The position numbers and the translations under genes are program-made. From Octopus vulgaris (Eukaryota), in NCBI GenBank assembly GCA_951406725.2, contig OX597820.1:53692001-53756000 (forward strand): DNA of 64,000 nt. Reading direction: 5' to 3'. A model generated the notes under the pieces. That model was not told where the DNA came from. It searched no databases and worked only from the letters and a program-made list of their open reading frames with translations. Below, one piece after another: positions 1-13,089 of the stretch. How positions within the stretch are numbered: position 1 is the stretch's first letter; each line of letters begins with the position of its first letter.

Positions 1-303
1 CACTAGAGTAACGAGTTTTCTTTAATTAGAATTACTGACGAACGCATAGGCTAATTAGAGAAACGTAGGTTTAGTCACGTGCTGTATGATAGTTTTGCGC
101 AGAGGATATGAAAATAGCTAAATTAATCTAATCCTTTTCTGAATCACAATTAACTAATGATTATTACCTCTACTTTGACTATGTTACTGATCTAACGATA
201 GCAAGCATTCACAACCAATCATTTGTTTAGCCCACATGTACTCTACTTCCTGCTAAAACTATTTACCCATAGTACAGGCATAAAGATAGATGGTATGGAA
301 CAA

Positions 304-533
304 GGCGGCGAGCTGGCAGAAACGTTAGCACGCCGGGCGAAATGCTTAGCGGTATTTCGTCTGAGTTACGTTGTGAGTTCAAATTCCGCCGAGGTCGACT
401 TTGCCTTTCATCCTTTCGTGGTCGATAAATTAAGTACCAGTTACGCACTGGGGTCGATGTAATCGACTTCATACCTATGTCTGTCCTTGTGTGTCCCCTC
501 TGTGTTTAGCCCCTTGTGGGTAATAAAGAAATA
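304..533 (+). mobile_element. tRNA-derived SINE, family A, full length
   Basis: GGCGGCGAGCTGGCAGAAACG head, B-box-like GAGTTCAAATTCC, core GCCTTTCATCCTTTCG(T/G)GGTCGATAAATTAAGTACC, tail AAAGAAATA; 12-bp TSD GGTATGGAACAA at 292-303 and 534-545; many copies in the window. Confidence 0.9.
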
Positions 534-887
534 GGTATGGAACAATGTTGTAAAATATTTTGTCTTCTGATGCAATGCGGCGCTGCTGAATGCATATTGA
601 ACGCTTTTCGAAATGTTGGCTATCCACAGACTAAATTTTTTTTTCCGTATAGATTACTCTGCAATAAAGAAACAGTTTGTAGAATATCATATAATTTCCT
701 TAGTTCATGCATCACTAAAGAAATTCGCTAATTCTCTTAATAGAATGCTAATGATACGATAAGTTTAATTTAGATACTAATAAAACGATAAGTTTAGAAA
801 AAGAAATTTTCATTGTGAAATTATAAAGTATAAAGTATGAATTTTATTGAGACTCGGAACACTTCAATTATTCTTTTCTGGCACTCA

Positions 888-922
<35 letters not shown>

Positions 923-1043
923 TACATACACACATACGTACTATGTACTACATACACACATATATACATACACATATACACACATGTACATACATACATG
1001 CACACAACTACTACTACTGCTACTGCTACAACTACTACTACTA
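888..1043. repeat. (CA)n/(CATA)n/(CTA)n compound microsatellite
   Basis: Visible simple repeats. Confidence 0.9.
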
Positions 1044-2124
1044 GTGTTTCCGTTGCAGAATACGTGAACAGCACATTCTTTCATGTCAATGAAAACAATA
1101 TGGCTGGTGTTATCTAATTTACTCTTTCAAGCGATCAAGTTCAAATAACAAAACCTTGAGTTCTCTTTTCTCTAGGGCCTACATCTTGGACGCCATGATT
1201 GTTGCTTTTTAACTTCTATTTGATAGTTTCGCCTTCAAATAATAAAAAGGGGTGTCACAATACGAATGAAATCAATATTTACATATGACAGAGAGATAAA
1301 TAAAATTGAACGTTGAAGAAGGAACCTTAAGAATTTGTGCCGTTTAAACGACATTAAACATGGTCTATTAGAAGTGTGAATTAATATACTACTTTTAAAG
1401 AGAGATTCAGTCTAATGAAGATGTTTTGAGTTATGTATTAAGCAGAAAACTTAATGATCTGCTTCAGCTGTCAGGAAAGCCATTAGCCCAGCGAGAATTA
1501 CCTTTGGAAATCTGCTATAAACTCCAGCTGCAATGATTGTTATTGTTTATAATCCAATAATAATATTAAGAGCGTTAGGAAGATGAGAGATTTCATTGGA
1601 AACAGAGTTAAGCTTCAGTTATCTTGCTGTGCCGCACGCCGCGTTCTGAGCGGCGTTTTCAGTGTGCAGCAATACTGGAGCGCTTTTACGGCGGAATAGA
1701 TTAATTTACATTGAAAACGAAAATCAAATCGTGAATGGCGGTCGAGTAATTTTATATATTGCAAATGGCATTGAATACTAATAACAGAGAATGGCCAAAA
1801 TTTCATGGCGAGTTTATTCGATGCAACAACTGGGAGAATGGTGTGATGGGGATGCAGTCAAATGGTAATTTAACTGTAGCCAGCAAGAATTTAGAATTTT
1901 ATTCTAATAAGAGTGATTAGTTGTGCAGAATTCAGATATTCAATTTCAATTTGAAGAATTTTGATATCGTGTTAGTCAAACGGAAAACTACCGAATTTAT
2001 GGACGATATATGAGTGGATACATTATTGACTAAATTCTGTAAATATCTCTGTTACTTCACAACACATCAACATAACTGTAACAATACCGACATTCTTAAA
2101 AACGAACACATTCACTCATACACA

Positions 2125-2127
<3 letters not shown>

Positions 2128-2223
<96 letters not shown>

Positions 2224-2294
2224 ATGTCTATATATATATATGTGTATATATATATATATATATCTGTGTGTATGTATGTATGTGTGTATATATA
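2128..2294. repeat. (TA)n/(TG)n microsatellite
   Basis: Visible simple repeats. Confidence 0.95.
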
Positions 2295-2369
2295 CGAACG
2301 CATCAAGTCATTGGTATTAATGGGAGAAATGATAGCAGATAGCAGATATGATACAGCTTAAAAGAAAAT

Positions 2370-2545
2370 TTATTGCGGTATTTTGCTCTCTTTACGTTGT
2401 TTTCAAATCCCTCATGCTGAGATTAACTTTCAATGTCTTCCTTCCGGAATCGATAAAATAAGTACCAATGAAATACTGAAGTCTCTTTAGTCCACTGTAC
2501 TCTTCCCAAAGCTCTATGGTTTTGCGCTCATGTTTGAAATCAATA
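2370..2545 (+). mobile_element. degenerate family A SINE fragment
   Basis: CCTTCCGGAATCGATAAAATAAGTACC core similar to 304-533. Confidence 0.6.
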
Positions 2546-3164
2546 TTCTATACACAGTAATACTAACGTAAGTGTATCTCTCTATATAACTAAAACTTTT
2601 GGATCTATGTAAAATAATAGTAAAACCACCGAAATTCAAATAAAATATATTTTAATAAGAATGTTCTAGTATTCCCTGTGAATGCTACCTTGAATCATAA
2701 GCTACACCCCACCCTGCTCTCTGCAGATTTCAATGATCTCGATCACCTCCAATCAGTTTTTGTATCTTCATTCATCTCTTTGGCAGTTTCGTTTGCCTAG
2801 TAAATCACGCAATCTTTCGGTTAAGGCAATTTTATTGCAACACATACAATTTTAATCAATGAAAGAAATATAGTTCACGTATAACACTCACATCACATCA
2901 AACTACTTTCACATTTCTAGATGATATGTAATATGATTTTTGTCGTAGATGTTCAAAATTTATTTCACTAGTATGTTTCGTACTCCTTTCGTATTTCATT
3001 ATTTCATAAACGTCAACCTTCCTTCAAAAGTTAGAAAAGAACACATTCGATAATGTAACCACTGCTTAGACTAAAACAAACCAGCCACAGCGTTGTGCTC
3101 AGTCTTGTTTGATATAAAATATTACATCATCGTCATCATCATAATCATCATCATCATCATTATT

Positions 3165-3380
3165 AAGGCGGCGAATCGTCAGAATTGTTAGCACGCGGGG
3201 GAAAATGCCTAGCGGCATTTCGCCCGTCTTTACGTTCTGAGATCAAATTCTATCGAGGTCGACATTGCCTTTCATCTTTTCGGGATCGTTAAAATAAGTA
3301 CCATTTAAGCGTTGGGGTCGACATAATCGACTTACACCTTCCCCGAAATTGCTAGCTTTGTGCCAAAATGTGAAACCATT
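3165..3380 (+). mobile_element. tRNA-derived SINE, family A, older tail variant
   Basis: AAGGCGGCGA head, GCCTTTCATCTTTTCGGGATCGTTAAAATAAGTACC core. Confidence 0.85.
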
Positions 3381-4847
3381 ATTATAGTTGTTGTTGCTGT
3401 AGATATTATTGCGATTAACATTTGATTAAGCCAACAAAAACACAGTGGTTTTGTGTTTCTTGCCTCTTTGAGGCTCAAAGTTATCAGAAAATTTTGTTTT
3501 TGAAAGATTGTTGTTTTTGTATTTTGTTTTTTTTTTTACAAGAATGGCGTCGGCTTCCACATCCAGAAAATTAAGGGTGGAGCAGGAAATTACTCACAGA
3601 GACAGATGCAGTACGTGGAAGGAGAAGAAAATGATTGAAAGTTCAAAGTCCAAATAATTGCACTGCTGCTACAGCGGTAAACGACAGGCTAGTAACAACA
3701 ACAACACCAACACCAACAAAAGCAACAATATCATCTGCAGCGGTAGCATTTGTGGTAAAGATTGCATTAAGGAAGATGAGAAGGTATTTTCTACGTTGGA
3801 AGGTCAAGGTTCAAAAATATTGCATCACTGCTGGGACGGCAGATGACAGGCACAATAAAAATAACGAGAGTAAACAAGAGACATCGTTTTGACAACATTA
3901 GGCCCATGACTGTTAAATCACGAGTTGAAGTTTCACTGTATTAACAATATCTAATTCAACATCGGTTGAAAGTTAACTATAATAAGAATGGTAGTATGGA
4001 TGGTAAATCGTTTAGATCTTGTGTGTGTAACACCGGTAAAGAAAATGTATGATCAACGATGGTTCGCCCTTCATGAGTTCTTCATTTCAGATATTTCCAT
4101 CGCAGCTTTACCTCTATTTTTCTTTATCCTTATCAGAGGCAGTGAAGTCTTATTTGGGTCTGATTTGACTGCAATTTCTAGCAGGACAATTGACCACGTA
4201 GAGGCACATTCATTAGCACCTTGTTGCTATAGTAACATAATGTGTTACCTCATAAGTTGCTCGGCAAACGAAACTTTTCGCACGATTCAATTGATATATT
4301 TTATTTCCAAGAGAATTATATTTTATTTGAAGCTGAAATATTATTATCAAAAATGTTCTCATAACCTACAGGAATTTAGTTTCCAACAAAATGATAAGGT
4401 AATGATTATAAGTAAGAAATATTAATTAATTAATAATTCCCCTGCAGTAACTTTTCCCCACTCATACCCAGAACATACACCAAAATTACCGCAGCTGAAG
4501 CATACTACTGTTTCAATTAAATTGTTGCTATGAAATGTAAGATTCATGAGACGTACCTGAATAACCTCGCTGTAGCGACTAAATCTAAATTCACACCCTA
4601 CCCTTTTCACACGCAAGGAAACGTACACACATGAAAATAATAAATCAAAATAATAAATTGCCTTTCCTTTCAACTCAGACAATGTGTGTGTGAGCGCGAG
4701 CGCGAGCGCGCGCGCGCGTGTGTGTGTGTATGTGTTCGTTTGTATATGTATACACACACTGTGATATAATTGGATGAGATGTTAGTAAATACATGCAGGT
4801 GAAAAAAATTTACATACGTGCATTTTGTCTTCTCTTGAGCACTTACT

Positions 4848-5075
4848 TTCTATGAAGCGGGCAGAGAGGTGAACGAAGATAAAGATGACCAGCCATCAAG
4901 GAATTAACAAACAAATCGATAACGGAGACCCAAAGTCGGGCACCCAACCGCATAGCAGCACCGTTTTTGCGTTTGGGTACTAGAGTTTGGGCCTCCGTTA
5001 TAGATTTGTTTTTCAATTCCTTGTTCTCTGGTCATCTTTATCTTCGTTCACTCCTCCGTTCTCTTCATCTTAGAA
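4848..5075. repeat. long imperfect inverted repeat (foldback / MITE-like, arms about 105 bp)
   Basis: GTGAACGAAGATAAAGATGACCAG...CAAGGAATT...ATAACGGAG.CCCAAA is the reverse complement of TTTGGG.CTCCGTTAT...AATTCCTTG...CTGGTCATCTTTATCTTCGTTCAC; loop about 15-20 nt. Confidence 0.85.
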
Positions 5076-5089
5076 TGGTATTTAGCAAG

Positions 5090-7010
5090 GTTAAAGGATA
5101 TTTCCTTTCCTAAACCTTTATGAAATCTTTTTGAGAACCAATCTGATGCTGGTTGGTTTCGCAAATCTACTCGGTATGTTGCCCAAATACGAGATCCCTA
5201 ACATGTGCCCAATGTTGCTGTCATCCTCTGAATCTCCCTTGTCAATGTTCATGCCTTGCGTGCGTGCTGGAAGATAAAAACTGCCAAGGCGCCAACAAGG
5301 TTGATGTTCTTATTCATAATGATATTACTATCTCTCCATATTTACTTCAGTACCGCTAAATCAGCCATAGCTGTGTGGTTCTTCTCAGGATTTCTGCTCT
5401 TATTTTTTTTTATCCTTAATAACTACCGAGAGATATTTTAAGTGTTGCATTATTTCTAGCATCTGTCCTTCTAAAGTGATGTCTGATGGGATTCCATTGT
5501 TGGCATTTGTCATAAATTTGACGTTTTTGCTACTGATTTTCATCCCAAATTTAGGAGAGGCTCTATCAAAATGGCTAGGCTAATTTAATCAATTCGTTTT
5601 CCTTTCCAGCAAGACCATCATAATGAACATAAAATCTTAAATTTATAATGTTCTTCTTTCTGATACTGAGTGTGCTCATAAGAAATGTCTACAGAGGCAT
5701 TGCTCATGAAGTACTCCAGGAAGATAATGAAGAACGCGACGATATCACTGACGGAGTCCTGCGATTTCTGTACTGGTATCTTTGACAAAGAGTAATTGGA
5801 TGGTAAGAATCAGCTACTGTCCCGTGCTGAATTTTTTTTATTCTTCCTCACAAAATTTGGCATAATACAAAGCATCATACCATACTCTATCGAACGACTT
5901 CTTAAAGACAAATTATATTTCATTTTGGCGTTCGAGCTATTTCTCTCGTAGAGGATGCGGATTTTAAAGAACTGTTCAGAAATGCTCGTTATTTTACGGA
6001 ATCCTGTTGGTTCTTTGGCTGCTGCTTTCTGTTTGAGATTTCAATCTATTCAACATGGTCTGAGCATTACCTTCTGTCGTTGATTTTGATAATTATATAC
6101 TAATTCTGACTAATTTAACGACGGCATTTTTTTTTTGAGAGCCTCACTTACTGCCTCTATCTTTGTACTGAGATATTATCGACTTCATAGTGTGATGTGT
6201 TAGTAGCATGCAAGTTCATATATGGAACTGTCTGCAGCTTATCAAGGAGTTTTAAAGACAAAACTGTTTGTTATAGGTGACAAATACCAGTTGGCACATT
6301 GCCCTCTCATTGCAAGTGTCATTACATGAAGAACCGAGGAATCCCGACTCAGGCATTTCCTACATTGGCATTTCAGTTACCCTGTATGATAAGTAAATTT
6401 TTCTTGTCTGTTTAGTTGGTGAAGTCTTGAGGCTCTTTACAGGATTTTTTAGTATATGCAGTTATCTTGTCTGTTGTTGGAGAGTAAAACCGTGCAATTG
6501 AGAAATGATTTTGTGTGCAGACGGATGGTCAAGAGCCTACCTGATACTGGTTGAAAAATTAATACCGTGTTCACTGGGATTTTGTTGAGAGGGAATCATT
6601 TGCACAGAAGTCTTCCTCTCCACTGAAGTATCGTATGATATATGTACTTCCACAGTCTGTGTTTCTTCAGTATTCTTCCATTGAATTTCACAGAATTTGG
6701 GGTGGCGCCATTGTGACTCTTTACCTAAGTGACATAGTTTCCCATTTTGATGCAGAGTTCTTACATTCCATGTAGTAATTGTAATGTTCCCTCTGTCACA
6801 AATCGTTCTTGCTGTGTCACATGTAGAACGCTCGTCACATCCGCTCTGATAAGAGATAAACTGTACACGTGAGAACATCCGATTACTTCCAGCTGGGGAA
6901 AACTCTTTGTTTGTGAACATAAGGCTGTTACAGTTCAGTCTGGAATTTTCTACCATGGATAATTCACGTAAGTCATTCTCTCTTTGGTGCTGAGTTAACC
7001 TCAAAGCAGT
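5090..7010 (-). mobile_element. decayed RTE-clade LINE (APE endonuclease plus RT remnants)
   Basis: ORF 6537-7004 contains ITITTWNVRTLHQNGKL (APE motif I). Near 5300-5520 the minus strand reads KFMTNANNGIPSDITLEGQMLEIMQH...IWRDSNI, typical of the RTE RT C-terminus. Many stops and frameshifts. Confidence 0.75.
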
Positions 7011-8136
7011 TTACCAGCGTCTGGCAATTAAAGTCACATGTAACTCATGGAACAGATGAATGAGGAGCAATAATGTCTAACACCCACTTATCACTTAGCC
7101 ATCGAAATTTAGAGCTCTATCCGGAGTACCAGAATACCCTACATCTTCATATACTCGCAAACACATATAAGCACGATAACAATAAAAACAAATAAAGACA
7201 AGAAGAAGAAGAAGAAGAAGAAGAAGTCGACGATGATGATGATGATGATGATGATGATGTATGTCTATATATATGCATACATTAGTACTGTATATATTTT
7301 ATACATATGTACATCGTTCTTTATTTTTAGATCCATTCTTTATATCTCCTTTCTCTATCAATTATTGTGCGTCGCAAATAATCTTTGTCGCACGTATTAT
7401 GCAACAGTTTATCTAAAATTAGTTACGCTGTAACGTGCAACGATATTCATAAAACTCTGAGCCGTCATATTCCCTTTTGTATAAAAGTCAACTTTACAGA
7501 AATTTTGGTTTAGAATATTTCTGCCGAGCCATCATAAAAGAGTAGAGAAACGTGAATGGCAATAACATCAATCTGCAGGTGAAATTGAAGAACAAAACAC
7601 GCACAAACCAGCCTTCACGACGCCTTCATTGTAAAGAAGAACTGCATCAGTCAACATAGCCTTCCAGCTAATTTAAATAGAGATTACTTTTTGCTGACGC
7701 AGATCATTACAATTTTTCTCTGATTCTTCTGTTTTACTAAACAGAAATTTAGTGTGTTTTATAAATTGTTAATTTGTATTTCTAATGAGAATTGCTATTT
7801 ATTTTGGTTTATCAATTAACCCTTTAAGACCTGAATTATTTCATTATACAGAAAAAGAGTTGTCATGCTTTAAAATAGTTCATGCAGTGAATTAATAATG
7901 CCAACATAATCGAATCACGTGCAAAATTATACGGAGTAGACTCAGAAGTTTGGTAACAATTAGCGTTTCGAGAGTAACCAGTACAAATTTTCACGCAACA
8001 CATCAAACTGCAAGTGACCCAAAAGACATGAATTCTTACGAATCTTATTTACGGATAGCTTTATTAAAGATGTTTTCAATGCTCATTAAATATATTGCAC
8101 AGATCAAGAACCACGGGACGAAAGAATATAATAGAC

Positions 8137-8646
8137 TAGTGCTTCTGAAACATTTCCTTTTTTCTATGGACCCCTCTGATTCCGGCTTTACTTGAATGGA
8201 TCCCCACAGCCGTTTGATGTTCAAAAATTTATATCTTATTTGTATAATTGAATATTATCACAAATTGAATAAGAAAACTGTTTAAATATTTTGTGTATAG
8301 TAGAAGTATAAATATAAAGGCGGCAAGCTGGCAGAAACGTTAGCACGTCGGGCGAAATACTTAGTCGTATTTCGTCTGCCGTTACGTTCTGCGTACAAAT
8401 TCCGCCGAGGTGGACTTTGCATTTCATCCCTTTCGGGGTCGATAAATTAAGTACCAGTTACGCACTGGGGTCGTTCTAATCGACTTTGTCAGTCATTGTT
8501 TGTCTGTCCTTGTTTGTCCCCTCTATGTTTAGCTCCTTGTGGGCAATAAAGAAATAAGTATAACCTATTTATTGCAGATAAATTTTAAGACTAAAATCTT
8601 ATATGGACCTCCCAAGGGTCTTATGGACACCAGTTGAGAACTGCTG
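8137..8646 (+). mobile_element. hAT (Charlie-like) MITE with nested SINE
   Basis: Ends TAGTGCTTCTGAA...GTTGAGAACTGCTG resemble a CAGTGGTTCTCAAC TIR; subterminal TATGGACCC repeats; 8-bp TSD TAATAGAC/TAAAAGAC (7 of 8 match); homologous to 39600-39852. Confidence 0.75.
8317..8557 (+). mobile_element. family A SINE inserted into the MITE
   Basis: Full head, core and tail; AGTATAA repeated at both flanks. Confidence 0.9.
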
Positions 8647-9033
8647 TAAAAGACTATATGCTTCTGTCACACATATAGTAACATTGCGTTAGTATCCAGC
8701 ATCATTTATATACAACATTATAGGCTAGAAAGAAGTAAAACTTTTTAACATGTCAGGTTAATATTGTCAATATAATTAAGTAAAATGCTGAACGTCGGTT
8801 GTGAAAATTCCTCTTTTTATTTCAGGACTGTTTTTGACAAAATTTTCGACAAGCAGCATAAGGTTTCTTTTTACAAAACACAGTTCTTGTTTCTTTTTAC
8901 AAAACACATTTGCTGCTCTTTTCTACCTGTAATCAACGCAAGTGCCACTGACCATCATACTAGCTACATGTACGGAAACTCTCAGTGCTGTTTGTGAGTG
9001 TTCCATATTCGCATAATATATTAAATATTATAA

Positions 9034-9037
<4 letters not shown>

Positions 9038-9120
<83 letters not shown>
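9038..9120. repeat. (TA)n microsatellite
   Basis: Visible. Confidence 0.95.
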
Positions 9121-9260
9121 ATTGACATTTACAGAAAAACAAAAGACGAAGACAGGTGTATGAACAACAAGTAAGTGTATTAGTTTCACGCTCGGGAAGT
9201 GAGAAAGTTTTTTTATGTTTCGAGCCTACGCTCTTCAACAGAAAGAATAAGAGAAAATAG
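9121..9260 (-). mobile_element. short PLE-terminus-like repeat with degenerate minimal hammerhead
   Basis: Minus strand CTGTTGA-A-GAGC-GTAG-GCTC-GAAAC-ATA; tail GTCTTCGTCTTTTGTTTT shared with 21480-21572 and 57075-57146; abuts (TA)n. Confidence 0.6.
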
Positions 9261-9802
9261 AGAGAGAGAGAGAGAGAGAGAGAGAATTAAAAAAATTGTG
9301 GATTTCGCGATCAAGCATGGCGACTAGTTGAGAAAAAATGGTTTGACAAGTGAGGTAGGAAGAAGGGGAGATAATAAAGTATTCGTGGTCCCAAAGCGAA
9401 CATGGCGTGCGTGTGTGTGTGTGTGGGTGAGAACGTGTAAGTTTGTGTGAGTGTGTGCGCGTCTGTAATGTGTGGTGTGCGGATGGGGGTGTACGGGTGT
9501 GTAGATGATGGTGTGTGGTGTGGATGCTGGAAAGTGCTCCACCAATCCGACGGCCAAGTGGCGTCCCGTTTGGACGATGTACATAGAAGGGCAGAAAAAG
9601 CAGGAAATGCATTAAATGAGGTTCCTAGAAGTGTAGGTAAAGGAGTCGGTGATATAATAGAGACAATGATGGTTGTCTGTGAGAATGGTATTGTAGAGGC
9701 AAGGGCAAGTGCGTCAGCATGGGCGGGAGCAGAGGAATGCATACATACAAGAATATACACGCACACGCACATGCACATTTATGTGGGTGTATGTATGTAT
9801 GT

Positions 9803-10098
<296 letters not shown>

Positions 10099-10299
10099 CT
10101 GTAATGAAACTTTTAATGAAACTGCAAAAGACATACGCAAACAACTAACAATTAATAGAATTATTGAATCCGTATTTCCTTTGCCGATAAGAATTAAGCA
10201 TAAAAAGAAATACTGAAGAACCATCCAACTTGTATATCTTCGTTTGATTAAGATTGTTCAAGGTTTTCTATCTTCTTGGATGACTCAACAAAGGTGACA

Positions 10300-11720
10300 C
10301 GGATGAACAAAATAAATTCGGTTCAATAATTGATGAAATTTTCTGAGCGGTTTTCTTAATAAACTATTCACTAACTATATTTCAATGCATGTAACAGGGA
10401 ACGACTTAAGCTATGCGTTCGTTGAGTTAACAAAAGAATTCTTCGTATTCATTGAAGAATTTCTCGGTATTTGTGGTTTACCTGAGATCCTCTGAAAGAA
10501 TATTTATATAGTTATTTTATTAAGCGCATTAATAAAAAAAATTGTATGTAAAGGAAACTATAATGCTGTGTAAGATACTACCTGACGTGATAAACAGCCG
10601 TATGCAAGTATGAAAGTACGTAAGTATTCTCCACTAAAGGAAAAAGTATTTGGTGAGTTGAAAATGAAAACATATAGATGTCTGAAAGCAATTCTACTCG
10701 AAAGGCAGGCCGAGTCGCTTGGTTTTAACGAATTCTTGATAATTATTCAGTCCAACCCCAAAGTTCCCAATTATACATGCACTCAGTATTGGATAATAAT
10801 GCTCGGAGCCTTATAAATGGTTACCAGGCTCAAATGGAGTTTATTTTTTTCTTCTTTGGACAAAATCTTCTCTAGATCTTCTACTCGTTTAATTCAACAA
10901 TGATACAACAAACAGCTAAAATATCTTCAACATATAAACCAAAGAGGGCTGAAATTACTAAACAAATGTTTAAAGATAAGAAGGATAAAGATTTATTTGA
11001 TATTATCTCTGAGAATTTAGAAAGGAAAGCAGGCACGTCGTCTCTGCTTTCTGTGTCAGAATGTCTTTACTATGGAAAATATAGACCCTCAAGAAAAATT
11101 TAAATAAGAAATTAGGAAAGGTACATTCACATTGTGAGCTCGACAAGTTACAGACAACCGTATTCTAAGACCGAATATGCAGTAATCTCTTCTATTCATA
11201 TGCGCTTTGCTCAGACAAATTACATTCACAGCTGGAGACATTGCTGTTAAAGGTGATCAACAAAGAGAACACATTATTAGAAATCAATTTTATGGAGGGA
11301 AGATATAATGTCGTTGACATTGACTCTTCGCTAAAACCGCCAGCATTTGAAGTTTCTGTGAGAAAGAGATGTCTGCTGTCTGGCCGCTGCTAGACACCTA
11401 CTATCAAAAATTTGAAAATGAGCCAACTTTTAATGGTAGTTCTTACAACACCTACCACAATTCCAGGAACACTTTGTTGTTTTGTTCTTTTTGGCATTTT
11501 TTTTTCAAGTAAAACGATCAAGACATGTCTTCAGTTAGGAATGACTCGAGAGCGATTAAATTCTCAGTTATATTTCCATATTACAATGAACAGATAAACA
11601 AAATAAATTTGATTGCAGTTATAGAGGAATGACAATAAACGAAATATTTCGGTATTTTCTGATTGATTTGATGACAAATTAAGTAGAACAATAAACCTGT
11701 TCAATTACTACGGTTTTTGC
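10300..11720 (+). pseudogene. decayed hAT-family transposase remnant
   Basis: ORF 11412-11597 KTIKTCLQLGMTRERLNSQLYFHI matches the hAT C-terminal dimerisation pattern KRIKTYLRSTMTQERLNxLxLLHI; upstream fragment KYSPLKEKVF; boundaries approximate. Confidence 0.6.
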
Positions 11721-12169
11721 ACTTTTTCATCGTATAAATAATATTTTACAAGAGGTATGTTATATACTGTCATCAAAATTTCCAAATATTCCACTCGCAA
11801 AATACATCAGGCTACAGGGGAAGACAAAATTTCTGGAGCTTCTGATACTTATATAACTTCAGAATGGTGGAGAATTAGCAGAACACCTTGTGCTCACTGC
11901 ATTGCATCTCGGGCAAGTGTACTGTTACCATAGCTTTGGGTTGGTCCAAGTCATCTGAGCTAAACTTGGTACAGGGAAATTATACGAAATCCCATTTGAG
12001 GGACTATACCTGTAACTGAAATATCTACGATTGTCAAACACTGTGTCAGTCTGGATCCACTTCGGAATTACTTTTAGGGAACAAGGGTATGTGGAATCTT
12101 CAGTCACTTAAATGTGCTGATTTAACACACTTCAGTTGATCTAACAACCGAATAACCATCGTCTCAACC

Positions 12170-12380
12170 AGTAGTTTTGAGCCGGGGTCCTTATGACTTT
12201 TGGGGGATCCGTAGAAGATTTTGTACTTAAAATTTCTCTGCAATAAATTTGTTATAATTCTACAATGCACAAAATATTTCAACACATTTTTTATACAATT
12301 CCTAATAATACTTAATTATAAAAAAATATAGTTGAATTTTTGAGGGTCCACCTGCAGACAAAAATTATGTGAGAACCTTG
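12170..12380 (-). mobile_element. hAT-type MITE, degenerate copy
   Basis: GGGGTCCTTATGAC...GGATCCGTAGAAGATTTTG is the reverse complement of the MITE right end. Confidence 0.55.
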
Positions 12381-12420
12381 ATTTAAATTATCTATTAATT
12401 AATTAATTTATTTATTTATT

Positions 12421-12520
12421 TCAGGGTCGATAAATTAAGTACCAGTGAAACACTAGAATCGATGTAATCGACATATTCTCTCCTCCAAAATGGCTACCCT
12501 TGTTGAAAAATTTTAAGCCA
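12421..12520 (+). mobile_element. family A SINE 3' fragment
   Basis: GGGTCGATAAATTAAGTACCAGTG...TCGATGTAATCGAC. Confidence 0.7.
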
Positions 12521-12526
12521 TTGTTA

Positions 12527-12582
<56 letters not shown>

Positions 12583-12624
12583 TATTATCATTATTATCAT
12601 TATTATTATCATTATTATTATCAT

Positions 12625-12679
<55 letters not shown>

Positions 12680-12738
12680 CATTATTATTATTATTATCAT
12701 GATTATTATTATTATTATCATTATTATTATTGTTATTA

Positions 12739-12770
<32 letters not shown>
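12521..12770. repeat. (ATT)n microsatellite
   Basis: Visible. Confidence 0.95.
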
Positions 12771-12772
<2 letters not shown>

Positions 12773-12841
12773 CATACATATATATCATATTTTCTTTTCT
12801 TAATTGCATACAAAGGTAGATCTTAGTATTTTTATGAGTGT

Positions 12842-12888
<47 letters not shown>

Positions 12889-13089
12889 CGTGCGTGTGTT
12901 TTCATTGCTTGCATACACAACTTGTTATTTTTCATTGCATGCAGTACCTTATACATATAATGAATGTAGCATACATGCAAACAGAGCTGGAGAGCTGAGT
13001 TACTTCAATAGTGGAAAGGTCTTTTTACATAGCATTTTAATTGCTACTGAATCCGGAAGTGATATCAGAAATCCAAATTGGTCAAATTG

